From positions 1,088,001 to 1,152,000 of the forward strand of contig CAVWGN010000001.1 in the NCBI GenBank assembly GCA_963754655.1: a stretch of 64,000 nt of DNA. The letters run 5' to 3'. Shown here one piece after another: positions 28,845-39,762 of the stretch (position 1 is its first letter; every line of letters begins with the position of its first letter). Below the pieces are notes generated by a model. The model was not told the DNA's origin and made no database searches. It worked only from the letters and a program-made list of their open reading frames with translations. Origin of the DNA: an uncultured Chlamydiae bacterium (GTDB lineage: Bacteria > Chlamydiota > Chlamydiia > Chlamydiales > Parachlamydiaceae). The position numbers and the translations under genes were made by a program.

Positions 28845-31574
28845 TTATTGAATTTTTGGCAAGATAATCGTAAAGGTACTCCCTTTTCCTTTTTGGCTTT
28901 CTACTGTAATGCTTCCTCCATGAAGACTCATGATGTTTTTAGAAATAACCAAACCTAAACCTGTTCCTCCATACTTTCGTGTAATTGAGCTGTCAGCTTG
29001 AGTAAAGGGTTGAAAAATTTTCTGAATTTCTTCCTGTGAAAGGCCAATTCCTGTATCTGTGACTGAAATGCTGACCTGATGAGGAAGATCGAATAAAGCA
29101 ACTTTAATATGTCCTTTTTCTGTAAATTTAACTGCATTGCTCAATAAATTGAGCAAAACTTGGCGAATGCGGACTTTATCTATTTCAATCAAAATAAATG
29201 GATGACTAATGGAAGCAGAGATTGTTAAATTCTTTTGTTGAGCAATCGATTGCATTTCTTCGATACAAGAGAGAATGACTTCTACAATATTATGAGGCAA
29301 TACATTGAGTTCTATTCCTTTAACTTCAATTTTGCTCCAATCTAAAATGTCATTAATCAGATTTAATAAATGAAAGGAAGATTTTTCAATTTTTTTTAAA
29401 CTTATAGTTTGTGCCTCATTAATGAGGCCATCCATCCCGATAAGAAGGCATTGATTAAATCCAATAATGGCATTCAGGGGAGTTCGCAGTTCATGTGAAA
29501 TAGTTGCTAAAAATTCGCTTTTGGCTGCATCGGCCGCTTTAGCATCGCGCAGTGCTTTGATCAGACGTTTTTCATATTCTTTTCTTTCAGTAATGTCGCG
29601 TACGATGAGGGTATCAAAAAATTTGTCTCCGCTTTCCCAATGAGTCTGGGAGATCTCTACCGGAAAAAGATGGCCATCTTGGTGTCGTCCCTTTAACTCG
29701 ACAGGCTTCATACTCCTCACATCTTGAAGAAGAAAATCATCTTTTGGAATAACCCTTCGCAAAGATTTTCCTAACATTTCTTTTTCATTATAACCAAACA
29801 TTTGCTGCGCACCATAGTTCCAAGAAATCACTTCTTCCCTTTCATTAACCGAAATGATGCCATCGATTGACTTTTGTGTGATAAAACGCAAACGTTCTTC
29901 GCTTTCCTGCAAGGCCTTTTCTGCTTTGCGTCTAGCAGATTGTTCAAACATAATGGCGATGATGTCAGCTATTGTTTGACCAAAATGGCGATCTTCTAAT
30001 GTCCAGTCCCGATGACCCCTTGTTTCCTCGCAACTTAATACACCTAATAACACGCCTTCAAAGACGATTGGAATATCTAACTTAGAGCTAATATGGAAAA
30101 CAGCTAAGTAAGAGGATAGCTCTTGATTAAGTTCAGCATCTTGAATAGAGGGCAAAATAAGATGCGAACGCTTAGACAATGCCTGGAAATAATGAGGAAA
30201 ATGAGTAGAATTTAATTCCAAATGATTGGAAAAAGAATGGGTCGATAAAATATAGACTCCAGCGCATGAAAGAATTTCAGTTTGATCAAATTTTTCGTAA
30301 AACCAAACGCTTATGCGATCGACTTGCATAACAGTGGCCGTGCGTAAAATCACTTCATGAATCGCACTTTGAAGTTCTGAAGTAGTTAGTGTTGTTAAGT
30401 ACTCTAAAGCTTCATGACGCCTTTGTAAATAATGCTGTTTTGCATTGAAATTTTCTTCAATGAGTTGGCGTTCATGAATTTCTTTTTGCAGAATACTATT
30501 GATGTTTGCCAGTTCATTAGTTCGTTGGCACACTTCTTGTTCAATAAGCATACGGCGATTGGTAAGAATTAAAAAGTAAGAAGCCATCAAAGCAGAAATC
30601 AAAATCCCAATAATGGGAACTTCCCAATAGTGCCAATACTCATTTCGATTCTGGCGAAGAAATAGAAGTGTGGGCGTTGCTTGTAATTTCCAATGCCGAT
30701 TGCCAAACTTGAAAACATGGTTGTGCGTCCATTCTTCTTGAATCTTTTTTTCCTTAGAAGTTAAATTTTGGGGATCTTTTAAAATGATGGCTTCATTCCA
30801 ATAAAGAAGATGTTCTATGCCTTCTGAAACATCATAAATGCTAATATTAATGCCTAGCGGCACTAATCGAGATCTAACATTTTTCACAATGTATTCAAAA
30901 TTTGAAAAGCCAACCACTGTTCCAAATAGTTGAGTAGAATGTTTAGCAACTTGCAAGTGTTCAAAAAAGACGGATTTAAATAAAAAAAATCCAAGATCTT
31001 TTTTATTTTGAACATAGGTGATATCGCCTGAAACTGTCACTTCTAAACTGTGTTGACTGGTTTCCAATAAGTTTAAAAAGGCGGGATAATCTTGAGAATC
31101 AATAGAGAGAGGTTGATGGGCATCAGCTTTTTCTAAGTAAGTAAAGAGAGCAACAGGTGAATGTGTATGCTTCTCTAAGCTAATAAAATTTAAATCTAGG
31201 ATAGGGGGGGAAGGAGAAGAGGTTTCTATCCATCCTAAAGCTAAAAAATTCGGATAAAAATTAAAGACGTTGCGTACAAAAATTCTGAATTCTTTTTCGG
31301 TCACATGAGCACTGGCATAAAAAAATTGTTTAATATGTTCGATTTGCTCGAGAGACTCTAATAGACTATCTTTAATTAGAAGGAGACGCAAGTCAGCGAT
31401 TCGATTAAATTCAGCATGCGCTCGATTGAGATCTTGCATTTGATAAAAACGAAAGGCAACAAGAGAGAGCAATAATCCGATTAAGAAAATGAGAAAAGCG
31501 ATGCCGTAATGGCGCAGATACGTCCAATAATTACGCCATGACAGAGTAGAAAATAATGGAACAATTATCTTCAT
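28845..31574 (-). CDS. Sensor histidine kinase CHASE-GAF-PAS-HisKA-HATPase
   Basis: Two TMs flank EFRIFV...ALGWI...FGNRHW (CHASE-like); LDIPI..GVL (GAF); WNYGA (PAS); SHELRTPLN, NLLSNAVKFT, DTGIG, GGTGLGL. Confidence 0.88.
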   Translation of the reverse strand: MKIIVPLFSTLSWRNYWTYLRHYGIAFLIFLIGLLLSLVAFRFYQMQDLNRAHAEFNRIADLRLLLIKDSLLESLEQIEHIKQFFYASAHVTEKEFRIFVRNVFNFYPNFLALGWIETSSPSPPILDLNFISLEKHTHSPVALFTYLEKADAHQPLSIDSQDYPAFLNLLETSQHSLEVTVSGDITYVQNKKDLGFFLFKSVFFEHLQVAKHSTQLFGTVVGFSNFEYIVKNVRSRLVPLGINISIYDVSEGIEHLLYWNEAIILKDPQNLTSKEKKIQEEWTHNHVFKFGNRHWKLQATPTLLFLRQNRNEYWHYWEVPIIGILISALMASYFLILTNRRMLIEQEVCQRTNELANINSILQKEIHERQLIEENFNAKQHYLQRRHEALEYLTTLTTSELQSAIHEVILRTATVMQVDRISVWFYEKFDQTEILSCAGVYILSTHSFSNHLELNSTHFPHYFQALSKRSHLILPSIQDAELNQELSSYLAVFHISSKLDIPIVFEGVLLGVLSCEETRGHRDWTLEDRHFGQTIADIIAIMFEQSARRKAEKALQESEERLRFITQKSIDGIISVNEREEVISWNYGAQQMFGYNEKEMLGKSLRRVIPKDDFLLQDVRSMKPVELKGRHQDGHLFPVEISQTHWESGDKFFDTLIVRDITERKEYEKRLIKALRDAKAADAAKSEFLATISHELRTPLNAIIGFNQCLLIGMDGLINEAQTISLKKIEKSSFHLLNLINDILDWSKIEVKGIELNVLPHNIVEVILSCIEEMQSIAQQKNLTISASISHPFILIEIDKVRIRQVLLNLLSNAVKFTEKGHIKVALFDLPHQVSISVTDTGIGLSQEEIQKIFQPFTQADSSITRKYGGTGLGLVISKNIMSLHGGSITVESQKGKGSTFTIILPKIQ

Positions 31575-31680
31575 TGTAATGTTTAATTAATGTTTAAAGG
31601 TTGGCAAAAGAACCAAAAATTAGGTGGATAAATCATCAGAGGGTCTATTGAGAACATAGAGCTATTAAAAGGGACCTTTC

Positions 31681-31713
31681 CGATAGGCTTTATAGATGAT
31701 GCAAAGCCTATCG
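31681..31713. terminator. Probable intrinsic terminator after cyclophilin
   Basis: CGATAGGCTTT...AAAGCCTATCG stem. Confidence 0.5.
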
Positions 31714-31726
31714 AAAATTTGAGGGA

Positions 31727-32314
31727 TTAACTTTGTTTTGGCGTCGAATTTTTCACAGTCATTCGCAAAATTTTGACCTCTTCTGCGGGTCGATCACCTG
31801 GACCTGCTTTTATAGATTCAATTTTTTGAACCACGTCGTATCCTTTTACAACCTCTCCAAAAATTGTATGCTTTTTGTTTAACCAAGGAGTGGCTGCAGT
31901 TGTAATAAAAAATTGGCTTCCATTTGTTTTGGGACCCGCATTTGCCATGGCGAGCAGACCTTTCTTATCGAATTTGACAGAATCTGTGACTTCATCTTCA
32001 AAAGGCGTATTCCAGATAGATTTGCCTCCTCGTCCAGTCCCTGTGGGATCTCCAGTTTGAATCATAAAGCCTTTAATGACGCGATGAAAAATAACGCCAT
32101 TATAGTATCCATCTTCTGCATGTTTTAAAAAGTTCTCGCTTGCTTTTGGAGCAATATCGGGACGCAAGGCAACTTCAAAGGTTCCTTGATTTGTCTCAAT
32201 TTCAACAATTGGCCGATTATTTTGCATGTTATTTTCCTCAGTTGCTTGTAGGGAAGTTAAACAATGAATACAACATAAAGTTAAAGTCAAAAATAATGAG
32301 AACGCTATTTTCAT
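31727..32314 (-). CDS. Cyclophilin-type peptidyl-prolyl isomerase with signal peptide
   Basis: FHRVIKGFMIQTGDP, AMANAGPKTNGSQFFIT, HTIFG. Confidence 0.95.
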   Translation of the reverse strand: MKIAFSLFLTLTLCCIHCLTSLQATEENNMQNNRPIVEIETNQGTFEVALRPDIAPKASENFLKHAEDGYYNGVIFHRVIKGFMIQTGDPTGTGRGGKSIWNTPFEDEVTDSVKFDKKGLLAMANAGPKTNGSQFFITTAATPWLNKKHTIFGEVVKGYDVVQKIESIKAGPGDRPAEEVKILRMTVKNSTPKQS

Positions 32315-32519
32315 GAATTTCTCCGGTTTAAATTTTTGGGATGAATACGAATTTTAAATGAGAAATTAATATATAAAAAGAGAAAGTTTAAGGGTATCTT
32401 TTTAATTGTCTATCCCCATAAGTTGGAGAAATTTAATTGAAAAGTTGACAAGAAAAAATTTTTTCTGCTTGATTAAGAAAAAGGCATCAATAAAATTTCA
32501 ATTAACAAAATAGAGGATT

Positions 32520-32903
32520 ATGAAAAAGTCTATTTTCTCTTTATTATCTATTTTATTTCTTTTTCCATTTTGCTACGCCATCGATAATTCCAATCTAAAA
32601 AAATCTAACATCTATGATCAACAAGAAAATGATTCCAATGCAAAAGAAAGCAAGCTAGAAGCAGACGAAGTTGCTCAAGGAGATCGCAATGTCTCTCCAA
32701 CGAACAATGCACGTTGGTATAAAAGCCGTGAAGGTCGCAGAGAATATCTAAAAGGGGGGAGTGACCATCCGCGTAAGTCGGATCAATTTGATGAATCCAA
32801 TTCTGATAATGCTGCTCCAAAGAGTGATTCTCGCTGGTATAAAAGTCGCGAGGGTCGCCAAGAATATCGACAAGGAGCAAGCGACTATCCAAGTGGACAA
32901 TAG
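32520..32903 (+). CDS. Small secreted protein with duplicated 20-aa motif
   Basis: Signal peptide; RWYKSREGR.EY..G.SD.P occurs twice, 40 aa apart. Confidence 0.7.
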   Translation: MKKSIFSLLSILFLFPFCYAIDNSNLKKSNIYDQQENDSNAKESKLEADEVAQGDRNVSPTNNARWYKSREGRREYLKGGSDHPRKSDQFDESNSDNAAPKSDSRWYKSREGRQEYRQGASDYPSGQ

Positions 32904-33006
32904 CAAAGCAAGGCTGATCTTTTTAATTGCACCAATATCTCCACTATTCCAACATGGGTTTATCCAATCAGGTGCTTTATTTCAATGATTTTATTAGGGA
33001 GATTTT

Positions 33007-33927
33007 ATGCGAGTCTTTATTACAGGTGCAGCGGGATATGTGGGACATGGGGTGGCAAGAGCTTTTCGCGCCAAAGGGCATACAGTTTATGGGCTAGTGC
33101 GTTCTGAAGAAGATGCGCATTTATTGAGCCTTGAAGAAATTTGGCCAGTGAGGGGAGATTTAGAGCAGCCAGAGAGTTATCAATCCATCCTTAATGAAGT
33201 AGAGGTTGCCGTTCACTGTGCCTTTGATTATTCTTCCGAGAAAGGGGTTGAGCGCGATGCAAAAACTATTGATGCTATTTTAGATGCTTTTTCCAAAAGC
33301 CCCCTTCCTCGTTCCTTTATCTATACCTCTGGGGTATGGGTTTATGGTTCTATAGGAAATAAAATGGTAGATGAGTCGATGCCTGTCAATCCTATTGAAA
33401 TTGTTAAGTGGCGTCCAGGTCACGAGGATAAAGTGCTTAAAGCAACCTCACCCACATTACGTACGGTTGTGATGCGGCCTGGACATGTTTATGGCGGAGT
33501 TGGAGGATTAACTAATATTTTGTTCACCTCTACTCAAAATGGAGCAGTCACAATTGTTGGCGAGGGATATAACCGTTGGCCCATGGTGCATCTGCAAGAT
33601 CTTGCGCATGCGTATGTCTCAGCAGCTGAAAGAGAGCTGACAGGAGTCACTCTCAATGTGGTCGATGATTCAACTGCAACACTTCGCGAAATAGCAGAGG
33701 CTATTGCTAAAGCAGCAAAGTTAGAAGGGAAAATTCATTCCTTGCCTTTTGAAGAAGCTAAAAAACAATTTGGTCCGCTTGCGGAAGGTGTTGCCATCGA
33801 TCTAACAATCAATAACTCACGCATTAAGCGCTTGCTAGGATGGCAGATTCATCATGCTCCGTTTCTTTATGAAGCGGATCTCTATTATAATGCTTGGCAG
33901 ACGACCCAGCATGCAGATGAATTTTAA
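33007..33927 (+). CDS. NAD-dependent epimerase/dehydratase (atypical SDR)
   Basis: VFITGAAGYVG, YTSGVWVYG, RPGHVYG. Confidence 0.88.
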   Translation: MRVFITGAAGYVGHGVARAFRAKGHTVYGLVRSEEDAHLLSLEEIWPVRGDLEQPESYQSILNEVEVAVHCAFDYSSEKGVERDAKTIDAILDAFSKSPLPRSFIYTSGVWVYGSIGNKMVDESMPVNPIEIVKWRPGHEDKVLKATSPTLRTVVMRPGHVYGGVGGLTNILFTSTQNGAVTIVGEGYNRWPMVHLQDLAHAYVSAAERELTGVTLNVVDDSTATLREIAEAIAKAAKLEGKIHSLPFEEAKKQFGPLAEGVAIDLTINNSRIKRLLGWQIHHAPFLYEADLYYNAWQTTQHADEF

Positions 33928-33931
33928 AAGA

Positions 33932-34918
33932 TTAGTGAAGAGTTTTTTGTAGAGAGGGGGATGGAGCATCGATTTTTTTTAAGAAAGGCAATAGAGCTGC
34001 TAAAACTTGCTCTGGAGCCTCTTCTTGAGGAATATGACCGCAATTGGCAATGAGAAGTCTTTCTGCATGGGGAAAATCTTTTAAAAACTTCTCGTAATGG
34101 CTGATAGGAAGTAAGGTGTCATGATCGCCCCAAATAATCAGAATGGGGTATGTCAAAGAAGCATAATGTCGTCCCATTTCTATTAAGCGTTGATTATCAA
34201 ATTTCTGTAGCGTGAGAAGAGAGGCGTTTACTCCTCCAGGAAAGCGATAAGGGAGGCTATAGGCTTCGACTTGTTCGTCTGTAACCACTGCTTCATTAAA
34301 GACAAGTTGTTTGAGGCAATGCCGCACCATTTGCGGACCAAGGAAGGGAACCCAAATTTGGCTAATGTGCCGGCCAAGCGAAATATAAAGGGGCAGATCA
34401 AAAGGATAGCCTAAAGCAGTAAGCAAAGTAAGCGAACTTACGCTTTGAGGATATTCCAAGGCCAAAGATAAGGCTAATCCGCCACCCATAGAATTGCCGA
34501 TAAGATGGGCTTTGTGAATGCCTTGCGCTTCCATAAAAGCATTCACTTGTTGGACAAAGAAATCAACGCTATAAACGGCATTGTCAGGTTTATCACTTAA
34601 TCCATAGCCAATTAAGTCAATGGACCATACATGATAACCTGCTTCGGCTAAAGGATCCATTAGCGCTTTCCATGTATAGGAATGAGCTCTAAAACCATGA
34701 AGAAGCAAAAGATGGTGGGGCCCCTCTCCTTTTTCAATATAGTGCATGGCAAGGGGTCCATAAGCAGAGTGCCATTCCCAGAAATGTTTGCCTTCTTTAA
34801 GCTTTTGTTGCTCTTCAGGTTCTAAAATTTGGATGTCGGTAGACACAAAAAGCACAACAAGCGTCATCCACAGTAAGCCAACAAGGGTAGCAACCACTGT
34901 TAATATCTTTCTTCCCAC
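33932..34918 (-). CDS. Alpha/beta hydrolase
   Basis: LLHGF, DLIGYG, GNSMGG nucleophile, WGDHD, GH.PQEE. Confidence 0.9.
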   Translation of the reverse strand: MGRKILTVVATLVGLLWMTLVVLFVSTDIQILEPEEQQKLKEGKHFWEWHSAYGPLAMHYIEKGEGPHHLLLLHGFRAHSYTWKALMDPLAEAGYHVWSIDLIGYGLSDKPDNAVYSVDFFVQQVNAFMEAQGIHKAHLIGNSMGGGLALSLALEYPQSVSSLTLLTALGYPFDLPLYISLGRHISQIWVPFLGPQMVRHCLKQLVFNEAVVTDEQVEAYSLPYRFPGGVNASLLTLQKFDNQRLIEMGRHYASLTYPILIIWGDHDTLLPISHYEKFLKDFPHAERLLIANCGHIPQEEAPEQVLAALLPFLKKIDAPSPSLQKTLH

Positions 34919-35091
34919 GGAAATCCTTAAGAAATTAAATTATCCTCTATTTATATCGGATTAGTAGGAGAAAGACAAGAGAGGGAAAATTTTTTAATAG
35001 CATCATTTTATTAAATAAAATATTTTGTTATAATCATTTATAGAAAGACTGAGAGCTAAACCTAAGATTTTATCTGTTTTGTTGGAGGGAT

Positions 35092-35343
35092 ATGGTACGT
35101 TTTATTTTGAACTTTGTTTTATTTGGCATTCTTTTTTATGCAATTTATGCGGCTTTTCCTGATATTTTTTTTAAGATGGTAAGCTGGGCTAATAAGTTTT
35201 ATGATGTTTTGAAAGATTTCTTTTTCATGGTATCAGATAAAATCAATGAAATGATACGTCCAAAGGGGCCACAAACTCCGCCCCCTCATCAGGCGTTATT
35301 TTTGCTTCCTCTTTGGATTTTGAGAACATTGAAGTTAAAATGA
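35092..35343 (+). CDS. Small hypothetical membrane protein
   Basis: GGAGG RBS and N-terminal TM helix. Confidence 0.6.
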   Translation: MVRFILNFVLFGILFYAIYAAFPDIFFKMVSWANKFYDVLKDFFFMVSDKINEMIRPKGPQTPPPHQALFLLPLWILRTLKLK

Positions 35344-37203
35344 TGAATTTAAAGATAAAGAACACTTAGAACCGGATGAATCAAGCGTTTGCTGAATCCA
35401 TTGGTGAATCTGTTGCTCGGCAATATCTAGAGGCAACGCACCCTGTTGCAGCCAAGCCTGGTGAAAAGCGCGAATATCAAACTGCTCATTTAATTGCTGA
35501 GAGGCTAAATGGCGCATTTCTTTAATCTTCAGCTCTCCAATTTTATAAGCAAGTGCTTGACCGGGCAGAACCAAGTAACGATCGAGTTCTGTTTCAATTT
35601 CATGATCACTCATCCCCACATATTGTTTGAAAAAGTCCAGGGCCTGCTCGCGGCTCCATCCCATAGCATGCATGCCAGTATCAACCACTAAGCGGATGGC
35701 ACGCAGCATTTCATAGCTTAAACGTCCAAATAGGGAATAGGGATCTTGATAAAGCCCCAATTCGGAGCCTAAACTTTCAGCATACAATCCCCAGCCTTCA
35801 ATATAAGCTGTAAAATTAGTATTTTTGCGAAACTCAGGAATACCTTCTAATTCTTGAGCAAGGGTAATTTGTAAATGATGGCCGGGGACCGCCTCGTGTA
35901 AGGATAAAGGCTCCATTTCCCATTTAGGGCGCTGCTCTGCATAACTTGTATTAATAAAAAAGTATCCAGGGCGCTTATCTGCAATAGAACCTGGGCAGTA
36001 ATAAGCGGCAATTTGCGATTCCTCTGAATAAGCAGGAACAGGAATCACTTCAAAGGGAAGAATAGGCAATTTTGTAAAAAGCAAAGGGAGCTTTGATTCA
36101 ATATGGCGTGTCAATGTTTGATAGCTATCTAGCAATTCTGTACGTGTCGAAAAGAAAAATTGGGAATCGGTTTTAATAAAATGAATAAACTCCTCAAATG
36201 TCCCTTGAAATCCTGTTGATTGGATGACCGCTACCATCTCGGCATGAATACGCTTTACCTCTTTCAACCCAATGTTATGAATCTCTTGAGACGTAAGCTC
36301 TGTAGTTGTTGAGCTTTTGACAAGATGGGCATACCAATCTTGTCCTTTTGGAAGATCTGTGAAAGCAATGGTTTTGCGGCAGTTAGGAATGTAATGTTCA
36401 GTTAAATAACGATAAAGTTCATGAAGATGAGGAAGCACAACTTGTTGATAGAGCGTTTGAGCTTCATTCAATAAACGAGATTGCGTTTGAGGATCTATAG
36501 ATGAAGGAAATTGTTGAAAGGCTTTTAGCAATGAACTATCAAGAGGATGATCGACCATCTGATTGAGAATTTGCTGTGGCATGCTCAAAAGAGCAATTCG
36601 AGGAGGTGTAATGCCTAGTTCAATGCCTTTGCTGAGAAGATCGATTGTTTGATTAAAGAGGAGAGGAATTAAGCGCAAACGAGATAAAATATTTTCATAA
36701 TCTTGAAGCGTTTTGGAAGGCATTAATTCAATGATCATGGGCACATACAAATGGATGCCTTGCATTTGATTTATCAACAAATAATGATTGCCAAATTGCA
36801 TATCTAGTTGATCATCTTCCAAAATTTTTTTCAGAGTATAATAACTGACTTGGTCACTTTTCTCTAATTGCTTTGTCTCTATGGAGGCAAGAACCTCTAA
36901 AAATTGCGCTGTAAATTTTTGGCGACGCTGAATGCCTTCTTGGGAGAAATCAGGCCATTGGCCATGATGGCCAGGATAGCCTAAAAAAGTGGCTTCATCT
37001 GGAAATTCTGTGAGGTGCCAGTCCCAATATAAATCAAAAAGATGGTGGAGGCGTTCTGTTTCCTTTTCTTCTGTCATCAGTTGTTGCAGTCGCCATTCTA
37101 AAGAAGGAGGTGATGCAAGGAGATCTTCTGCATGGACAAAATAAGAGGAGAGACTGCCTAGAAAGACAACCGCTGCCAAAAGGGTTTGTTTAAGTGATTG
37201 CAT
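35335..37203 (-). CDS. DUF885 family protein (putative metallopeptidase)
   Basis: HEAVPGHHLQ, EGWGLYAE, RLVVDTGMH, PGQALAYKIG. Confidence 0.92.
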   Translation of the reverse strand: MQSLKQTLLAAVVFLGSLSSYFVHAEDLLASPPSLEWRLQQLMTEEKETERLHHLFDLYWDWHLTEFPDEATFLGYPGHHGQWPDFSQEGIQRRQKFTAQFLEVLASIETKQLEKSDQVSYYTLKKILEDDQLDMQFGNHYLLINQMQGIHLYVPMIIELMPSKTLQDYENILSRLRLIPLLFNQTIDLLSKGIELGITPPRIALLSMPQQILNQMVDHPLDSSLLKAFQQFPSSIDPQTQSRLLNEAQTLYQQVVLPHLHELYRYLTEHYIPNCRKTIAFTDLPKGQDWYAHLVKSSTTTELTSQEIHNIGLKEVKRIHAEMVAVIQSTGFQGTFEEFIHFIKTDSQFFFSTRTELLDSYQTLTRHIESKLPLLFTKLPILPFEVIPVPAYSEESQIAAYYCPGSIADKRPGYFFINTSYAEQRPKWEMEPLSLHEAVPGHHLQITLAQELEGIPEFRKNTNFTAYIEGWGLYAESLGSELGLYQDPYSLFGRLSYEMLRAIRLVVDTGMHAMGWSREQALDFFKQYVGMSDHEIETELDRYLVLPGQALAYKIGELKIKEMRHLASQQLNEQFDIRAFHQAWLQQGALPLDIAEQQIHQWIQQTLDSSGSKCSLSLNSSF

Positions 37204-37511
37204 GAGAATTATCCTAAATAGTTAAGAATCATTTTGGACATGCCCGGGTACTCTGTAACATGAATTTTACCTATCAAGAGAGCGAGAGCTTAAAAATAAA
37301 TGATAAAGGTCTTGCTCATTTTTTGCACGCTTCCAATGGCTTAAAAGAAAAGAACGATTTTTTATAAAGATATAGATAAATCTATTTTTAATTTATATTT
37401 TTAAGTTATTGAACTTCTAATCTTTAAAGATCAATTTTCCTATTCTTTATTTACGTGAAAAGAAACCCATTATCTGGTAAAATGATTTGCTTATTTGAGG
37501 AGATAACCGTT

Positions 37512-39689
37512 ATGCTAGCCAATCCAGACATCGCATCCTTGTTATTAGAAGGGCGGCTTGAAGAAGAGCTTAAACGCTATTTCGGATATAATACTTTTCG
37601 CTCTTATCAAAAAGAGATTATTCAAGCCTTACTATGTAAAGAAGATGTGTTAGCCATTTTGCCAACTGGAGCAGGAAAGTCTCTTTGCTATCAGCTTCCT
37701 GCTTTATTGCAGCCAGGAACAGCTATTGTCATTTCTCCTTTGATTTCTTTAATGCAAGATCAGGTTGTTTCTTTGTTCAAGAATGGAATTTCGGCGGCAT
37801 TTCTCAATAGTAGTCTTTCCTATTACGATATTCAAACTGTTTTACAACATTTATCTGATTACAAGCTTCTTTATGTAGCTCCGGAGCGTTTGACTGATCC
37901 GCAATTTATTGAAAGATTAAAAGGAACGGAAATTTCTTTTTTTGTCATTGATGAAGCACATTGCATTTCACAATGGGGACATTCTTTTCGCGTTGAATAT
38001 CGCAAGCTTTCTATTCTTAAGGAGACTTTTCCTCAGTGTCCGGTAATCGCTTTGACAGCTACTGCTACTACGGATGTTGAAAAAGATATTCAAGTTCAGT
38101 TGGCGATGCAGACGCCTCGACTCATTAAGGGAAGCTTTGATCGTCCCAATTTGACTATTCGGCTACAACCTAAAATTCAGGTAGATAAACAACTCCGGGC
38201 TTTTTTAGAGCAACAGGGTAATCTTTCCGGTATTATCTATTCTGCCACGCGTAAGGGTGTTGAAAATACATTTGAACAACTTCAACAGGCGGGGTATGCA
38301 GTTGGCCGCTATCATGCTGGATTATCTGAGCAGGAAAGATCATCCTCTCAGCACGCCTTCTTACATGATCAAGTGACGCTAATGATCGCAACGGTTGCCT
38401 TTGGCATGGGAGTACATAAACCCGATATTCGCTTTATTGTACATTTAGATATGCCGCGCACAATTGAACAATATTATCAAGAGATTGGCCGAGCAGGTCG
38501 CGATGGGTTGCCTGCTGAATGCTTGATGTTGTATGCGACGCAAGACTTAATTATTTATAAGACTTTTTTAGAAGAAGTTGAAGATCTTGTCATTCGCAAG
38601 CAAATGAAAGCAAAAACTGAAAGCATCTATCGTCTTTGTACTTCTTTAAAATGCAGACGAATGGAATTATTGCGCTATTTTGGTGAGTCTTTTCCTCAAG
38701 AAACATGTGGTGCTTGCGATAATTGCTTGGAAGAAGATGAGCAAATAGAAGGAACAGTGATTGCTCAAAAAATTCTTTCCTGCGTCTACCGGCTCAAACA
38801 AAACATTGGGATACGTATGGTGACGGATGTCTTGCGTGGTTCAAAAAATCAAAATGTCCTTAGCAGGGGCTATGATCAATTGTCTACGTATGGGTTACTA
38901 AGCGAATTGCCTGAACAAGAAGTGCGTTATTATATTGAGTCTTTGCTTCATCTCCACTTTTTAAAATTAACTGAAGGGGAATATCCCGTTTTAAAATGGA
39001 CAGAACTTTCTCCGCCTGTGATTAATGGACAGCAAACAGTCTTTTTTAAGAAAAGAAACTTTAAACCCAAAAAAGAAGAGCGTGAACGCGCTAAGAATCG
39101 AGAAACAACTTTGCATTATGACGAACCTTTATTTGAGACTTTGCGACAATTGCGGCTTCACATTGCGCGCGAAGAGGCAGTTCCTCCTTATGTTGTGTTC
39201 AGCGATCGAGCTTTACAAGAAATGGCTGTTTATTTTCCTCAAACGCAGCAGGAGTTTGCTAAGATTAACGGGGTAGGGCCGATTAAGTGGGTAAAATATG
39301 GGGAAAAATTTTTGGAAGTGATTCGAGCTCATGGGGGAGTTAGAATGATTTCCGACAGAGAATCAATAGCACCAATGGAGCGTCGCAGTTCAGTCGAGGA
39401 AACTATTGCTCTTTATCAGCAAGGACATCATCATTTAGAAAACCTTATGCAAATGCGTCAGCTAGCCAAGAGCACGATAGTGACGCATTTAGTGGAAGCG
39501 ATTCAGCAGGGAATTGATCTTAATATTGTTCCACTTGTTTCCCTTGAAAAGCAAGCCACGATTCAAAAGGTTATTGTTGAAGTTGGCGCTGAGCGCTTGA
39601 ATCCAATTAAAGAGAAATTGCCTGCCGATTTTACTTATGATGAGATTCGACTAGTTGCGGCTTTTTTTCGCCGCAAAGAGGAGTACTAG
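37512..39689 (+). CDS. recQ: ATP-dependent DNA helicase RecQ
   Basis: PTGAGKSLCYQ, DEAHCISQWG, QEIGRAGRDG, Zn-binding CDNC, RQC and HRDC regions. Start approximate. Confidence 0.96.
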   Translation: MLANPDIASLLLEGRLEEELKRYFGYNTFRSYQKEIIQALLCKEDVLAILPTGAGKSLCYQLPALLQPGTAIVISPLISLMQDQVVSLFKNGISAAFLNSSLSYYDIQTVLQHLSDYKLLYVAPERLTDPQFIERLKGTEISFFVIDEAHCISQWGHSFRVEYRKLSILKETFPQCPVIALTATATTDVEKDIQVQLAMQTPRLIKGSFDRPNLTIRLQPKIQVDKQLRAFLEQQGNLSGIIYSATRKGVENTFEQLQQAGYAVGRYHAGLSEQERSSSQHAFLHDQVTLMIATVAFGMGVHKPDIRFIVHLDMPRTIEQYYQEIGRAGRDGLPAECLMLYATQDLIIYKTFLEEVEDLVIRKQMKAKTESIYRLCTSLKCRRMELLRYFGESFPQETCGACDNCLEEDEQIEGTVIAQKILSCVYRLKQNIGIRMVTDVLRGSKNQNVLSRGYDQLSTYGLLSELPEQEVRYYIESLLHLHFLKLTEGEYPVLKWTELSPPVINGQQTVFFKKRNFKPKKEERERAKNRETTLHYDEPLFETLRQLRLHIAREEAVPPYVVFSDRALQEMAVYFPQTQQEFAKINGVGPIKWVKYGEKFLEVIRAHGGVRMISDRESIAPMERRSSVEETIALYQQGHHHLENLMQMRQLAKSTIVTHLVEAIQQGIDLNIVPLVSLEKQATIQKVIVEVGAERLNPIKEKLPADFTYDEIRLVAAFFRRKEEY

Positions 39690-39762
39690 TATTTTTTAAG
39701 ACAACCCCCTAAACCAAGTTGAAAGAGTAGATGTTAAAAGAAAATAAGAATTGTGGATGAAT

